A stretch of 31,887 nt of DNA from Rozella allomycis CSF55 (GCA_000442015.1 KE561117.1:186001-217887); one strand, 5' to 3'; shown: positions 9,478 through 23,800, counted from the stretch's first letter. Numbers and translations: made by a program. The notes: generated by a model not told the origin, from the letters alone.

Positions 9478-10214
9478 TTATTCATTCGTTTTCAAATGCT
9501 CCTCCATGGCATGTTGATAATCAGATATTGACTTTGCATATTCCCCAGCAAATTCCTACATGTGAACAAATATAGACCCCTTATACCTCTTTTTTTCCGG
9601 ATATCATTTTGCTAACTTCGGCAAAATTTTTAGGTTCAAAAACAAACTTCTTATGCATAGAAAATGTGTATGAATGCAGGTTAGATTTAGGGGGCACTGG
9701 AAGTTCTTTGCCATATTTAACAGCTAATTTTGCATCTTCGGGTGAAACTTTGGCATTTTTAACCAACATATTGAAAATGAATGATGCTTTCTTTGCGTTC
9801 GAAGTCTCCTCACATCGAATTTTATATTGCTCCATGTCATGTTCTCTTTTTTCCTTGAAGCGTTCCAGAATATCTTGATATTTCATTTCATTGAAAATTA
9901 TGAACTTACTTTCTTTTCTTCGGCATTCATTGTCTTCCATGTTGCATGAGCCAATTTTAATAGTTCTTGAGGTGATACTTTTTCTTCGCTTTGTTTTGTT
10001 TTGGCTTCTTCAAAAAAATCTTTAATAAAGAAGTTAACTGCAGACGTTGAGCGCTGTGGGTATCCAAAATAATTCTTTAAGAAATCGTAACCTTTCTTAA
10101 GTAGAAACTCCATTTACTGAAGGTATTAAAATTAGGTATTATTTTTTCGGTGTTATTAGTGCATACTATGGTATACTTTTTAGAGAGTATAGGTGATCTA
10201 GCAAACGAAAACAT
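9478..10214 (-). CDS. HMG-box protein, Abf2/TFAM-like, paralogue A (4 exons)
   Basis: MFSFARSPILSKKY (mitochondrial-presequence-like)..IPNFNTF|SYDFLKNYFGYPQRSTSAVNFFIKD..AHATWKTMNAEEKK|KYQD..LPVPPKSNLHSY..|EFAGEYAKSISDYQHAMEEHLKTNE*. Same intron positions as paralogue B. Confidence 0.75.
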
Positions 10215-10637
10215 TTTATGAAAATTAGGGTTTGTGATCGAATAAAAATCTCAAACTCGTCTTATTGGTCCTGATTTTGTAGCACTTTTGATTTGAGACC
10301 AGCTGGCAACTTATCATTAATTAATAGCAATTTGTGTCTACGCGACCTTTTATTGAATCTCATGAATTATTATTATTACGTTTAAAATTAATGGTCTCAC
10401 TCTCTTTTAAGTTTCAATATAATTATAGATATTAAAAATAAGGATCGTTAAAATCGTAAAAAGTGTGATATAAAAACATGGAGCCAGGGATTGCCATAAT
10501 GCCATTGGTCAAGGACTCAAGGGTTTTCAAAAGTTAGAAGGCAAGTAAGTTGAGACAATTGGAATTGACAACCAATAATTTACTAAAAAAAGTTTTTTTT
10601 AAACGAAAGAAAGAATTATTTTTCGTATTTTGACAAA

Positions 10638-12424
10638 ATGAATTTGGAAAATGTCGCAGACTCTTTAAAGAATGGTAAACAATAACAACTTCGAAGTATT
10701 TAGAAAGCATAAGAAAAGGATTTCAATTACATTATCCTGATCTATTGTCTTTGTTGCAAACTAATCTCCACCTGGTGGCGTTTGATGAAAACGAATTAGT
10801 AAACACATTGAGGTGTGTTGCAAATGTCTGCTTTGAAAATAGTGACACCTATCGAATTTTGTTATATAGACGAAAATAGACAATATTTTAATAATGTATC
10901 AGCTGATATACTGCGCATACTCGATTTAGCAATGGACAATAAATTGAGCAGTCGTCTTTTTAAATTTATATACGGCGCCATAGTAAATCACACTATGGAT
11001 AACGGTAACAATTGTTATTAGATTTTGATTAGAAATCAGTCTGAATGGATATGTGCATGGCAATGTCGTGGAGAAGATTCTCGAAGCGTGTGTTACAAGA
11101 ATCAAAAACACTGAAGATGTCTTCATATTAATTCAATTGATTCAATACTTTGTTGAAAGTTCTGAATTTGCAGTCAAGAGAATTAAATGTACTGACTTGA
11201 TGGCGAATATACTGCGTATACTTGTTGCACACCAGAATAATGATGAAATTTTGGATGAAATACATAGTATAGTTATGATTTCCTTGACGGGAGGTAAAAT
11301 TTTATGTATTATGCAATGGAAGATTTGAAAGTCATTGATTTTTCTCAAAGTAACTTGGCAATAAAACTAGAAAGTATAAACTTTCAAAATGAAACCGTGT
11401 GCGAAATAATATCGTATTTTACAATGATTGGTAATCTATTATTTCNGGCAGTCAAGAGAATTAAATGTACTGACACGATGGCAAATTTATTACGTATACT
11501 TGTAGCACACCAGAATAATGATGAAATTTTGGATGAAATACATAGTATAGTTATGATTTCCTTGACGGGTGGTAATATTTTATGTATTATACAATGGAAG
11601 ATTTGAAAGGCATTGATTTTTCTCAAAGTAACTTGGCAATTAAACTAGAAAGTATAAACATTCAAAATGAAATCGTGTGCGAAATAATATCGTATTTTAC
11701 AATGATTGGTAATCTATTATTTCTCACTTTAATTGGATTCTTTTGCTTCTTTGTTGTTTCCAGATCAAATTTTAAGAATTTTGGACACTATTGACTCAAA
11801 TGAAACTCTAACATCGATTCATTACGTTATTTTGACGAATACAATTAGAAATGCAGAGATAGCTTCATTTATTTATAACAATGGAAAGTTACAGACTTCT
11901 CTGTTGAATGCTATGAAAACTACAAGTTCTAATACAAAGCTAAAGTACAACGCACTTGGCCTGCTACGAAACATTTCTATCTCTGGTAAATTTTAACTTT
12001 ATTTATAATTAGAAAAGAGACAAGTGATCAAGAATCCTGAATTAATGGATTGCTTGATTGAATTTTATGATGAAGTTCGGGAGAGGGGGATAGTTGATGG
12101 TCTATTAGGGCAAATTCTATTGCTATTAGTCTCCTTGAGTTCTGATTCAGGTAAACTAAATTAAATGAAGTTATAGAATGCCTTGTGGTATTAAAGGAGA
12201 GATTCGTGTCGCAAGTCAGAATAGCAGGTATTCTTGAACATTGTTCAAAAGAAGACCAAGGAGTATCCAAAATAGCGGCCAGACTAGCCATAAAACTATA
12301 TCCAATCCTTGACGAAAAATTTCAACTGTCCGTTGTTGAGTTGTGCAAAGAATTGATAAAAGGGGAATCCAACCAGGTTATAAAAGAGGAAGCTATTAAT
12401 ATTTTGAAGGGCGCAGAAAAATAA
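10638..12424 (+). CDS. Armadillo-repeat protein, SmgGDS/RAP1GDS1 (Bem4/darlin)-like, multi-exon; a false internal duplication spans N11446
   Basis: Exon motifs DENRQYF, YGAIVNHTMDN and KYNALGLLRNISIS resemble SmgGDS ARM repeats; several short GT-AG introns. Not all junctions were resolved. Confidence 0.6.
11170..11723 (+). repeat. Tandem near-identical 276-bp duplication flanking an N (probably two alleles)
   Basis: 11170-11445 repeats at 11448-11723 (period 278) with scattered substitutions, joined at N11446. Confidence 0.9.
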
Positions 12425-12518
12425 ACATTACTAAATTACAATATGATGGGCGGTTATTTTTGGCAATTTAGTTTTCGGTATTTTCATTGCTCTAATTCTG
12501 AAATTTCGCAAACTAACA

Positions 12519-15474
12519 ATGCAAGAAAAGGACAAGTCGTATGACTATTGTCCACCTTTTGCTAACGGCAATAGGTTTAACCAAAGCTATTCAAACAAGA
12601 ACGAGTATTCTGGACGGCCTTATAGTGGAGGGTATAACTCTAGCGGCGGAGGACAGGGTCAAAGTGGGTATTATGATAGTGATACTGCGCGTTCTAAATA
12701 TTCTAGTGAATATTACAGAAGAGATAGCCGGCCGTACCCCGTGCAGAGGTATGATAAGGGGTATTCACGTGGGTATGAGGACGGATACGCAAGAGATTAT
12801 CGTGGTCATAAGAGTGAAGAGAGTTCAGGCTATGATTATGGAAAGAGGCAGCCGTATTATGAAGATGGATACAAGTACCAGAGCAGGCCACGGCCATACT
12901 ATCCTAGCGAGAGGATTAGCGATAGACCGAATGAGAGGGGCTATTATGATTATACCAAGAAGTATAAATATGATGAGCGATACAAGTATGATAATAGGTT
13001 TGAAGATAAAAGCGAAAGGTAAACACTAAATATTTTTTGAAATGTAGGAAATCTGTGGAGCCATATTATAAGCCGTATGATAGAGGATACGAGAAGCCGT
13101 ATTATGAAAGGTCATACGATAAACCATATGATAAGCCATATGAAAGACCGTATGAAAAGCAATATGATAAGCCATATGCAAGATCATTTGAAAATACATA
13201 TGACAGTGGTGAAAAGCCGTTTGTTAAAAAGTATAAATATGATAATTTCAAGAGCTACGAATATAAGAATGATGACAGGGGGATAAATTATTATAAGAAA
13301 CCATATTATAAAGAAAAGAGTTATGAGAATTATGAAAAACCTGCCTATAGATATGAAAATGATGAAAGAGAGTATGATGAAAGAGATGAAGAACAGTATC
13401 AAGGGGACAATGAAAAGATGAATGATGATAATGGAATAAAGGAGGAGTCTAAAATGGAAGAAGGCGAGTGTTTATCGTCAGAACCAAAAGATGATGATTT
13501 AAAAGAAGATTTGAAAGACGATATGAAAGAAGATTTGAAAGAGCAAGAGGAAAGGATGGAAGTAAATTTTGATAAAGGGAAAGAAAAAGAAGAAGAAGAA
13601 AGTATTGGTAAGAGCGGAGAGAAGATTGAAATTGTCGACAAGGAAAAGATTCAAAGTTCAGAAGAGATATTGAAGAGGATGGATGAAATTGATGTGCAGG
13701 TTTGTGAGTTGGAAAAGAGAATACAAATATTGAAAGGGGAAATGAATGATTTTGATTCAAATTTTTTGGTTGAAAGTATTTTGAATTCAAATAAGAAAAT
13801 ATCTAAAAGTATAAAAGAAGAAAATGAGAAAGAGTTCCCAACGTTGATAAATTTTGAAGAATATTCGCAGCCTGTAATTGAGAAATTTCAGAATCAAACT
13901 AAAGATCTTTTGATGAGAGTTATAAAGCGAAGAAAGCAACAAACATTTGAACTGAAGAAACAATTGAAAGTGAAATATAAAAATATTCAAAATGAATTTC
14001 AATCTAAACTTTTAGAAAATTCTAGTTTGTTTAATACTTCATATGATAAACTTATGGGAATTAAAAATGGATTTATTCATTCAAAGATTAAAGTTGATAA
14101 TTTTATATCACAGAATCAATCTTCTAAAGATATTCAATTAATGTTTGTTAGAACAATTGCTAAAATACCAAACATGTTATTAGATGGATGTGAAAAAGCT
14201 TTCCCCTTTATATCTGAAAATGGACTTGTTTCTGATCCAATGAATGTTTATCAACAATCTAAATATATAAACCCCTGGTCTGATGATGAAAAAGATAAAT
14301 TTGTTTCTGCGTTTCTTGAGTATCCTAAAAACTTTTCTAAAATTGCATCTTTCATTGAAAATAAATCTTCATCTGATTGTGTTAAATTTTATTATCTCAA
14401 TAAAAAATCTTTGGATCTGAAAAAATTATCAAAAAAGAAATTTCGTAAGATTGGACCAGGGTCTTCAAGAGAATTAAAAGATTTAACTTTGGCTAATCTA
14501 CATTGGGAGCAAAGAGAACATCGAGAAAAATCAAAAGAAAAAGAAATAAAAACTCCAATTAAATCAAATTCCAAAGAAATAAATACCAAAGATACTCCAA
14601 GTGAACCAAGTACACCAATAGAGAATAATACAAACACAGCATCTAGATGGACTGTAATGGAAAAAGTTAAAGCGATTGAAGGAATTCGATTTCATGGGAA
14701 AAATTTTCAAAAGATATCTGAATACGTTGGAACTAAAACTGAACAACAATGTAGATCTTTTTATCAAAATTACAAAAAGAAATTAGATTTAGATACAATA
14801 ATTAAAAACAATGAAAAAATTATTCCAAAAGTTGAAACTCCTTCTGACTTATCTTTTGAAAAAGTAAATGAAAGAAAACAAATCCCTTCAACTTCAATTC
14901 CAAGGCCTTTGACTCAAACTTCTTTTGTTCCTTCGTCTGCTTCTTATCTTCAACAACCTTTGGGCTATCCAATGCCTTTTCTTTATTATCCAAACTCTTT
15001 TCAATTTAGATTCCCTCCAATGAGACCCCCTTTCTTTGAATCAAACTTTAATCGTCCTATTCAACAACAAACAAGAAGACACAGGTAATGTAAATGTAGT
15101 TTAAATATTCTAGTATTACTTCAGATATTGTTTCAAATTCATTCAACAAAGAAAGAAGATCTAGCGGTGGCTCCATCGATCATTCCAGAATTCTTGATGA
15201 TTCAAAATTACAACTTAAAGACGATAAAGTGAAATTAAAACTTCAAGATGAATTTAAAAAGGAAGAAACAGTTTTAACTCACAATGATTCAAAGTTACAG
15301 TTAATAGATCAACAACCCATGGTATCATTAGACCCTCATAATGCCATTGACACAAATATCAACAATCAGTCAGAAACTTTTATCCCTCAAGAACAATCAA
15401 CTGTACCAGAAAATATTCAAACATCTGAAACATCTGATGAAACAAGCAAGAATGATGAAACTCAAAATTTATAA
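12519..15474 (+). CDS. Dual SANT-domain corepressor protein (Snt1/NCoR-like), 3 exons
   Basis: SANT1 PWSDDEKDKFVSAFLEYPKNFSKIASFIENKSSSDCVKFYYLNKK and SANT2 SRWTVMEK..HGKNFQKISEYVGTKTEQQCRSFY. Preceded by AKIPNML..ENGLVSDP and a coiled coil EEILKRMDEIDVQVCELE. Introns at 13019-13047 and 15085-15113. Confidence 0.88.
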
Positions 15475-15512
15475 ATATTTTAACTTTATTCTATTTCTAA
15501 TTCTTAAATGCA

Positions 15513-15958
15513 TTAATTGATTTTAGAACCAATAAATTTCAAATTATATATTGTAACTCTGCCAAATAGATCTGTACTCGCCTCAAAAACAATTCTCAAT
15601 TTCTCACACTCTACCTTTTCTTTAAATTTAACAGACTGCTTTGCATTTGAATCATCCATATAAAACTTTTCACAATCCTTCCACTCCCCATTTTCAAAAC
15701 TTTGTACAATCATCGGCGTTCCAACAAATCCTCCTTGAAATGACAATTCAATCCCTTCAACAATAACTCTCTCTTTAAATCCCACAACTATACTCTGTGG
15801 TGACCCGTTATCAGAATTCCAGCATCCTTCCCCATCATCAAACATATGCTGTTTGCCAAAATTCTTAACATCCTTATTCAACGTAGAACTCACTCTTTCT
15901 CAATTCCAAACATTCTTTACTTGCTGCCAATTATATACTCGTTCAAGCAAATATTCAT
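15513..15958 (-). CDS. NR2C2AP: Nuclear receptor 2C2-associated protein (TRA16)-like, galactose-binding-like fold, 2 exons
   Basis: VSSTLNKDVKNFGKQHMFD..CWNSDNGSPQ..FQGGFVG..DSNAKQ..STDLFGRVTIY. Intron at 15895-15920. Confidence 0.88.
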
Positions 15959-16000
15959 ACAAAAAATACAGTATGTGGCTTGTCACCCAGTAGCAGAATC

Positions 16001-16999
16001 ATGAGGCCGAGTTTCAGATTTCTTCACAAACACAAGAAATCTTTCCAAATACTCGCTTATTGTCTGGCCTGGTACGCTGCCTCTGCATTGACAAATAACA
16101 TCAACAAGGTTATTCTCTCGGAATACCCTTATCCAGTAGTACTCACTTGGGCTCAATTTCTTTTCACATCTCTAAGCTCTTTTGCATTACTCAAAGCAAC
16201 TTGTGCCAAAATCACGGCTTTTCAATGGAACATGGCATTGAGCTTTATTCCACTATGCTTTCTCATGATTTTAGGGCATGTATTAACTTCCGTTTCTTTA
16301 TCGTTCATGGGAGTTTCAATGGTACATACAATCAAGGTAGACTGCTGATAATTGTGGTAAAGATAGGGACTAGCGCCATTGTTCACTGTTACAATTAGTG
16401 TCCTGTTTAAAGGTCACAAATATTCAAACGATGTTTACAAGGCTCTGGTTCCTTTAACGCTGGGTGTACTGTTAACATGCTATTCTGAAACGGCCTTTCA
16501 TAAAATCGGGGTTTTAGCGGCAATGTCATCAACCGTAGTATTTTCCATAAAAGATCTCTTTTCAAAGCAGATTATTTCCCATTTCCATAAACAAATGGGA
16601 AAACTATTGTACATGTTTTATGCATCTCTGTTTTCAATGTCATTGCTCACAATTTACCAACTGTTTTATCCCTTTCAAACATCGTCTGATAAAGGTACGC
16701 TAGTTTTTTCTATTAACTTAGAACATAAAATGACGTTTTTTGTATTTACACTATTCATTTTTGATGGATTGTCACACTTTATGCAGTCCTACTTTGCGGT
16801 ATCAGTTTTGGCACTCGTTAGCGCAGTCGCTTATTCTATTGCATCGCTCGGAAAAAGGCTTATCGTAATTTCATCGTCAATACTCTTCTTTGGGGACCAG
16901 ATATCTTTTGTCAAAGTTTTTGGTATTAGTTTGTCCTTTTGGGGCATTTTTTTGTACAATAATGCGAAAAACGATAGATCGAGGATACTTCCTTTATAA
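16001..16999 (+). CDS. Triose-phosphate/nucleotide-sugar transporter family protein (SLC35E/Sly41-like)
   Basis: WYAASALTNNINKVIL..YPYPVVLT..VSMVHTIK|GLAPLFTV..YSIASLGKRLIVI with many TM helices. Intron at 16337-16366. Confidence 0.9.
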
Positions 17000-17071
17000 T
17001 TGAATTAAATTAAATAAACATATAGATTAGATTGCACTTTATGCGTTGTTGTTCACCAAGCCACAAAAAAT

Positions 17072-17919
17072 ATGGTTGAGAGTGGTTTTGATTCTAAAGG
17101 AAAAGAATTTGATTCTGTAGATTCATACTGGAACACTCAAGTAATTTATATTGACAATTTTTTCTAGTCAAAAGAAGAGTGGTATGAAAAATCTTTAAAG
17201 TACTGGGAAACACAACCCGACTCTGTAGATGGAATGCTTGGAGGATTTGGATATCTATCTGACATTGATGTCACATGTTCTTTGGAAATTTTGAATGAAT
17301 TAAAAGCAAGCGGGATGGGAAAATCTTACGCATTAGGTAAAACTCATTTGGGTAGTAAACAAGATTGTGGAGCCGGAATAGGCCGAGTTTCGAAAAATGT
17401 ATTATCGCAAGTTTTCTCAAAGATTGACTTATTGGAGCCTGTTTCACAGTTTATTAATAAAGCCGCCGAAGAGCTTTCCAGTATTGTTGGTGAATCATTT
17501 TGTTGTAAACTTGAAGACTTCCAGGTGCAAAAAGAAAAGTACGATTGCATTTGGGTTCAGTGGGTTTCGATCTATTTAAATGACGGTAATATCCCGCGTA
17601 TAACCAAGATTAGATGATTTTCTGCATTTCCTTGATAAAGCCAGAGCCAGTTTGAAAAAAGGCGGATATATTGTCATTAAAGACAATGTTTCTAGATCTG
17701 GATTTCACATTGACGATGATGACGCTAGTATTACCAGGTAAATCACCATTTCTTATCAAGATTTAGGTCGGATGAAATGATGCTGGCTATATTTTCAAAA
17801 GCGAATTTCAACGTCAAACTAAAAAAACAACAGGAAAATTTTCCACGTCAATTGTTTCCTGTCTTTATGTAAGTTTATTAAGCCTCTTCTCATCAAGATA
17901 TTGCTTGCAACCACAATAA
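17072..17919 (+). CDS. NTMT1: Alpha-N-terminal protein methyltransferase (Tae1/NTMT1), multi-exon
   Basis: WYEKSLKYW..VDGMLGGFG..DCGAGIGRVSK..YDCIWVQW..IVIKDN..DDDDASITR..FPRQLFPV. Confidence 0.93.
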
Positions 17920-17948
17920 AAAATTAAATTTCAAGCGAACCCTTCATC

Positions 17949-18532
17949 TTATTTTGATTGTCTTATAATATTACCTTTTATGTCAATTTGAAACAGCATT
18001 CTATATTCTCTAACACAGAATGAAAAAGATATTATCTAGGTTAAATGTTTTGTGTAGCTTACATGCAATGCATAAAGGAATAGTTTTGAGTAAAACAAAA
18101 GCAGATCATCATCAAATGCATCGGCTCCAAATAGGGCCACTGATATGTCTCTATTCCATGCCGCTATATTGATAATGTTGGCTTTGTAAATTATATATGT
18201 TGTCAACAATATAATTAATAAAAGAGACCAAGTTAGAAACTACTTTTCTTGTGGTACTTCTGATACCATAATAAAAATGAAACGGATTGGCAGGTTACAA
18301 ACTCTATCTTTGATTTTCTTTTTGCTTGTATAGTTCCAGATGTTAAGAATCATCAATAAAGGAATTATCACATCAAAAAGCTGAATGTAGGACATTACGT
18401 CTATACATGCCATCGGCTCACAGTTTTTCAACGAAACTACAAATACAAAGAACTTTGTATACTAGAAAACTTTTGAATTACACAAATTACTATCAAAACA
18501 AGACAGGAAACAGAAAATATCTCAGAGTACAT
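17949..18532 (-). CDS. Four-exon 166-aa multi-pass membrane protein, possibly TMEM138-like
   Basis: Removing GT-AG introns at 18462-18490, 18240-18266 and 18036-18062 gives one 501-nt frame, MYSEIFSVSCLVLI|YTKFFVFVV..IRFIFIM|FLTWSLLLIILLTT..LYALH|IISF..IIRQSK*, with about four hydrophobic segments. Confidence 0.75.
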
Positions 18533-18746
18533 TTGTATCTAAGTATATGTTTTGATTACAATTTGCAAATTGCATTCCAGAACAAAGTTGCATTCATAGA
18601 TATTTTCGCGTTTACAAATTTTTTGGACATTGATCGAAACTAAGAGTACAATTTGATGATAGGAAGAGAAAATATATCGAAACAATGAAGGATATTTTTA
18701 GAAACAGATCGCCAAAATAGAATTTCAGGTGTCAGCCACATTTTGA

Positions 18747-19277
18747 ATGGTGCCAAGGAAATCGGTTAATCTAAAGCTCGACATAAATTTATCAACATTT
18801 CCAGCCTTTACAACCCGAATTCCTAGCCCATATTCTGCAATTAAAACCAGTCTCGTCGAAATACTTCCTGGTGTATATCTCGGCAACTCATTCGTTGCCT
18901 CGAAAGGATCAATCTTAAAGCATTTGGAAATAACAAATATTATTAATGTGGCAAATGAAATCCCCTGTTTTTTCCTAAACGATCATATCTCCCACTTTGA
19001 CTACCTTCACCTTCCTTGGGACCATGCATCAAAAATACAGAATGATATCAATGATATCAATAAGTTTATCGAAAAAGCGATTTCTGAAAAAGGAAATATT
19101 TTGATTCATTGTGACCTTGGCAAAAGCAGAAGCGCCTGTGCAATGATTGGCTTCATAATGCACAATAGAGCATTGCCTTTCGATGAGGCATACAAGTTCG
19201 TTAAAGAAAAGGCACCTCATATCAGCCCAAATTTTGAATTGTTATATCAACTAATAGATTTTGAAACGAACCAATAA
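18747..19277 (+). CDS. Dual-specificity protein phosphatase
   Basis: EILPGVYLGN, IINVA, catalytic IHCDLGKSRS (HCX5R), and ISPNFELLYQL. Confidence 0.92.
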   Translation: MVPRKSVNLKLDINLSTFPAFTTRIPSPYSAIKTSLVEILPGVYLGNSFVASKGSILKHLEITNIINVANEIPCFFLNDHISHFDYLHLPWDHASKIQNDINDINKFIEKAISEKGNILIHCDLGKSRSACAMIGFIMHNRALPFDEAYKFVKEKAPHISPNFELLYQLIDFETNQ

Positions 19278-19289
19278 ACACTTTATTAA

Positions 19290-20664
<1,375 letters not shown>

Positions 20665-20832
20665 GAATCGAAAATTTGAAATTAATTGATTACAACATTC
20701 ATAGGATCAAATATTATGTCATTTAAAAACTACTGGCGATAAATGGTCAAAATTGAACAATTAGTATTATTTAACAACAGGACATAAATTGTAGACTTTA
20801 GTTATTTTTAAAAAAATTATTGTTTTATTTAA

Positions 20833-23800
20833 TTAATCTGCCCTGAAAATATTCAACAAGACGTCTTCGAGAGAACTTCTTCCTAATGAAAAATCCAAAA
20901 TGACGTTCTTTTCCTTCAAAGACATAAAGCGATCGACGATGACACCTAGGGGCAAGGAGAAAGACAATGAAACTTTTGCATATCCATTAATAATTTGCTG
21001 CAAAGAATATGAAGCTTTTAAATCGCCACGTAAAACGTATTCCAAAATGGGATCTAGTATTTTCTCATTACAGTTTGATAGTTGCAAAGTGGCAATGTAG
21101 CCATCGGCCATTGAGATTGATAATTCATGTTCAGTACCACAACTCTTAAGAGTTCCTTTGGTCATGACACCTATGCGATCGCAATTTGATGTTTCGCTGA
21201 TGTAGTGAGTTGTCATTACAGTTGTTCTTTCTTGACCTAGAGCACGGACAGTCTTCCACATTTTGGATCTGGCTAAAGGATCTAAACCGGCAGAAGATTC
21301 ATCAAGCATGACAAGGGACTTTGGTAACATAATGGCAATGATGGTGCTAACTTTTCTTTTTGTGCCGCCACTCAATTGACCACATTTGTAATACTTGAAG
21401 TTTAAGATGCCCATGGATTCCAATAACGTGTCAATGTAGTCACATGCTTCTTTATTTGTATAACCGTTCATGTATAAAAACAAGTACAAATGATCATAAA
21501 TTGACATTGAAGGAATTAGAAGTAAATCAAACTGAGGACAGACACCCATCATATTGATAGCTTTGAACTTATTAGCTGTAACGTCTATGCCATCGACATG
21601 AATAGCACCTGCAGTGGGAACCAACCTTGATGTTAACATGTTTAGTGTAGTTGTCTTTCCACAACCATTGGGACCCAACAGAGCAAAAAATTCATTCTTT
21701 TTAATTTCAAGATTTAAATTTTTAACGACCTTTCTTTTTCCAAACCTTTTTGAAACACCGCTGAATTTAGCGCAAATTTTATGATCAATTAATCTCAACT
21801 TTGAATTTCTATAAAAGACGTGTTTGAATTCAACAATCAAAATAAAATACAACAGACAACCACAGACTATGTAATTTATCATATCACTCCCTTGTATTAA
21901 ATATTTATCATCATTAACCAAAACCATGGGTGATGTTAATGGAAATTTACTCATAACTAACGTTACCAATTTATAAATCTTTGGATCGATAACTTTTGTC
22001 ATTGTTAAAGCCATTAATCCCATCCAACAAAAGAATCCCAAGTTTCTCGCCAGTGAAAGTATTAGGTTGGCCCCTGATTCATTCATAACAATTCCCAAGA
22101 AAAATGAAAGAACAAACGCTAAAACAAAGAAAGATATTAAATAAGAAGAAATATCGTAAGCTATTTTTGAAACAGATATGAAATAAGCAGGGAGAACAAC
22201 AGGGAGCATTAATATTGCTGTCATTATTATATGAACAAACCAAAACGAAACAAATGAGACACCACAAGAAAGCAACAGAAATTGATACTTAATTTTAGCT
22301 TCTTTAACTCTTCTTCCAAAGTACGCGATCAATTCACTAAACAATTGAAGAATGAAATATGGAACAGCTCCATCAAACAATGAACCTAAAATTTCAAGAG
22401 GAGACTCATTTTTAGAATACAAGATTATATTATTTGTAGATCCCTTTATTCCTTTGGACTCTAACAAACTTTCAACGATATAGAATTGTGCAAGTGCCAT
22501 ACCAGGCTGCACACTAACTGAATATGTATTACCTGCTTTATAAAGTCCTCCAAACTTATTTTCTTGTTTCTTTTCTTCGTATGGGATAAACATTGGATAA
22601 TGCAATAAGGATTCAACGTTTGTTTCATATCTAGATCCATGCCAAATCATAGCATTGTACAGATCTTTTCCAAGCGTGTAATTTGCTTTGACTGTAAATT
22701 CATTCTGCAATTTTGCATTCGCGATACTTGGTTTAGGCAAGTTCGAAATAGCCACAATTAAAAGTAAAGTTGGCAGTAATCCTCCTACGTATTCATAAAC
22801 ATGTGTGACAAATCGATACAATTCAAATTTTAAAAGAAGCCATGTTGTTTTAAAGAAATTATTTTTTCTGCAACTTTTGATATGTTCACCCAACAGCCCT
22901 TCAATATTCTTATCTTCGCCATTAGATTTATTGTTTGAAAAAATGTAATCCAATCCATTTTCTTTTATAATAAAAGATTTTATCATTGGTTTAAGTTCTT
23001 CTTCTTGTTCGAATTCTGATATGCTTTCTAAAATCCCTTCTTCAAAAATAAACTCTACGAAATTTCCACTCTCTTTGCATTTATATCCCACTGCCCCCTT
23101 GTTAAAAAACCAAGCTAAAAATGACTCTTCATCAAAATCATCTGTTTTCTCAATTGACAATGAATACCCAGTTCGAAATAGATTCTTCAAATATCTTGAA
23201 GTTCCAATACACGTCACTTTTCCTTGAGTCATCATAGCTTTTCTATCACATATTATATCAGCTTCATCCATAAAATGTGTGCACATAAGAATTGATCTCC
23301 CTTGCTTTCTTTTTTGCAAAAAATTCCAAATCACTCTTCTATTATCAGGATCAACTCCACTAGACATTTCATCCAAAACAACCAATTCAGGATTGCTCAC
23401 AAAAGCAATTGCTATGCAAAGTTTTCTTTTTTGACCACCTGACAGATGCTGTGCAAATTTATCCAACATATCGCCCATTCTCAAATCTTCAACTATCCCT
23501 TCAATAATATCTTTCAGCTCACTATTCTTCACGCCTCTAATTTTACCGAAATAATATAAATGTTCTCCAACAGTAAGATCTTGGAAAAGAATATCTTGCT
23601 GCTGGCAAATCCCAATTCGCTGTGATATTGCTCCTCGATTTTTACTCTTTGAAGAATCAACCCCGAAAACTTTTATATGCCCAGCTGTAGGAGAAAGAAT
23701 CCCAGTAATAATATTAATTAGTGTACTTTTCCCAGCACCGTTAAATCCTATCAGTCCAAATATTTCATTTTTCGCAAACTCTAAACTCACATCATTCAAA

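Noticed and set aside
10222-10233. Single TTAGGG (telobox-like) motif upstream of HMG paralogue A
   Set aside because: One unit only, and not repeated at other promoters in the window.
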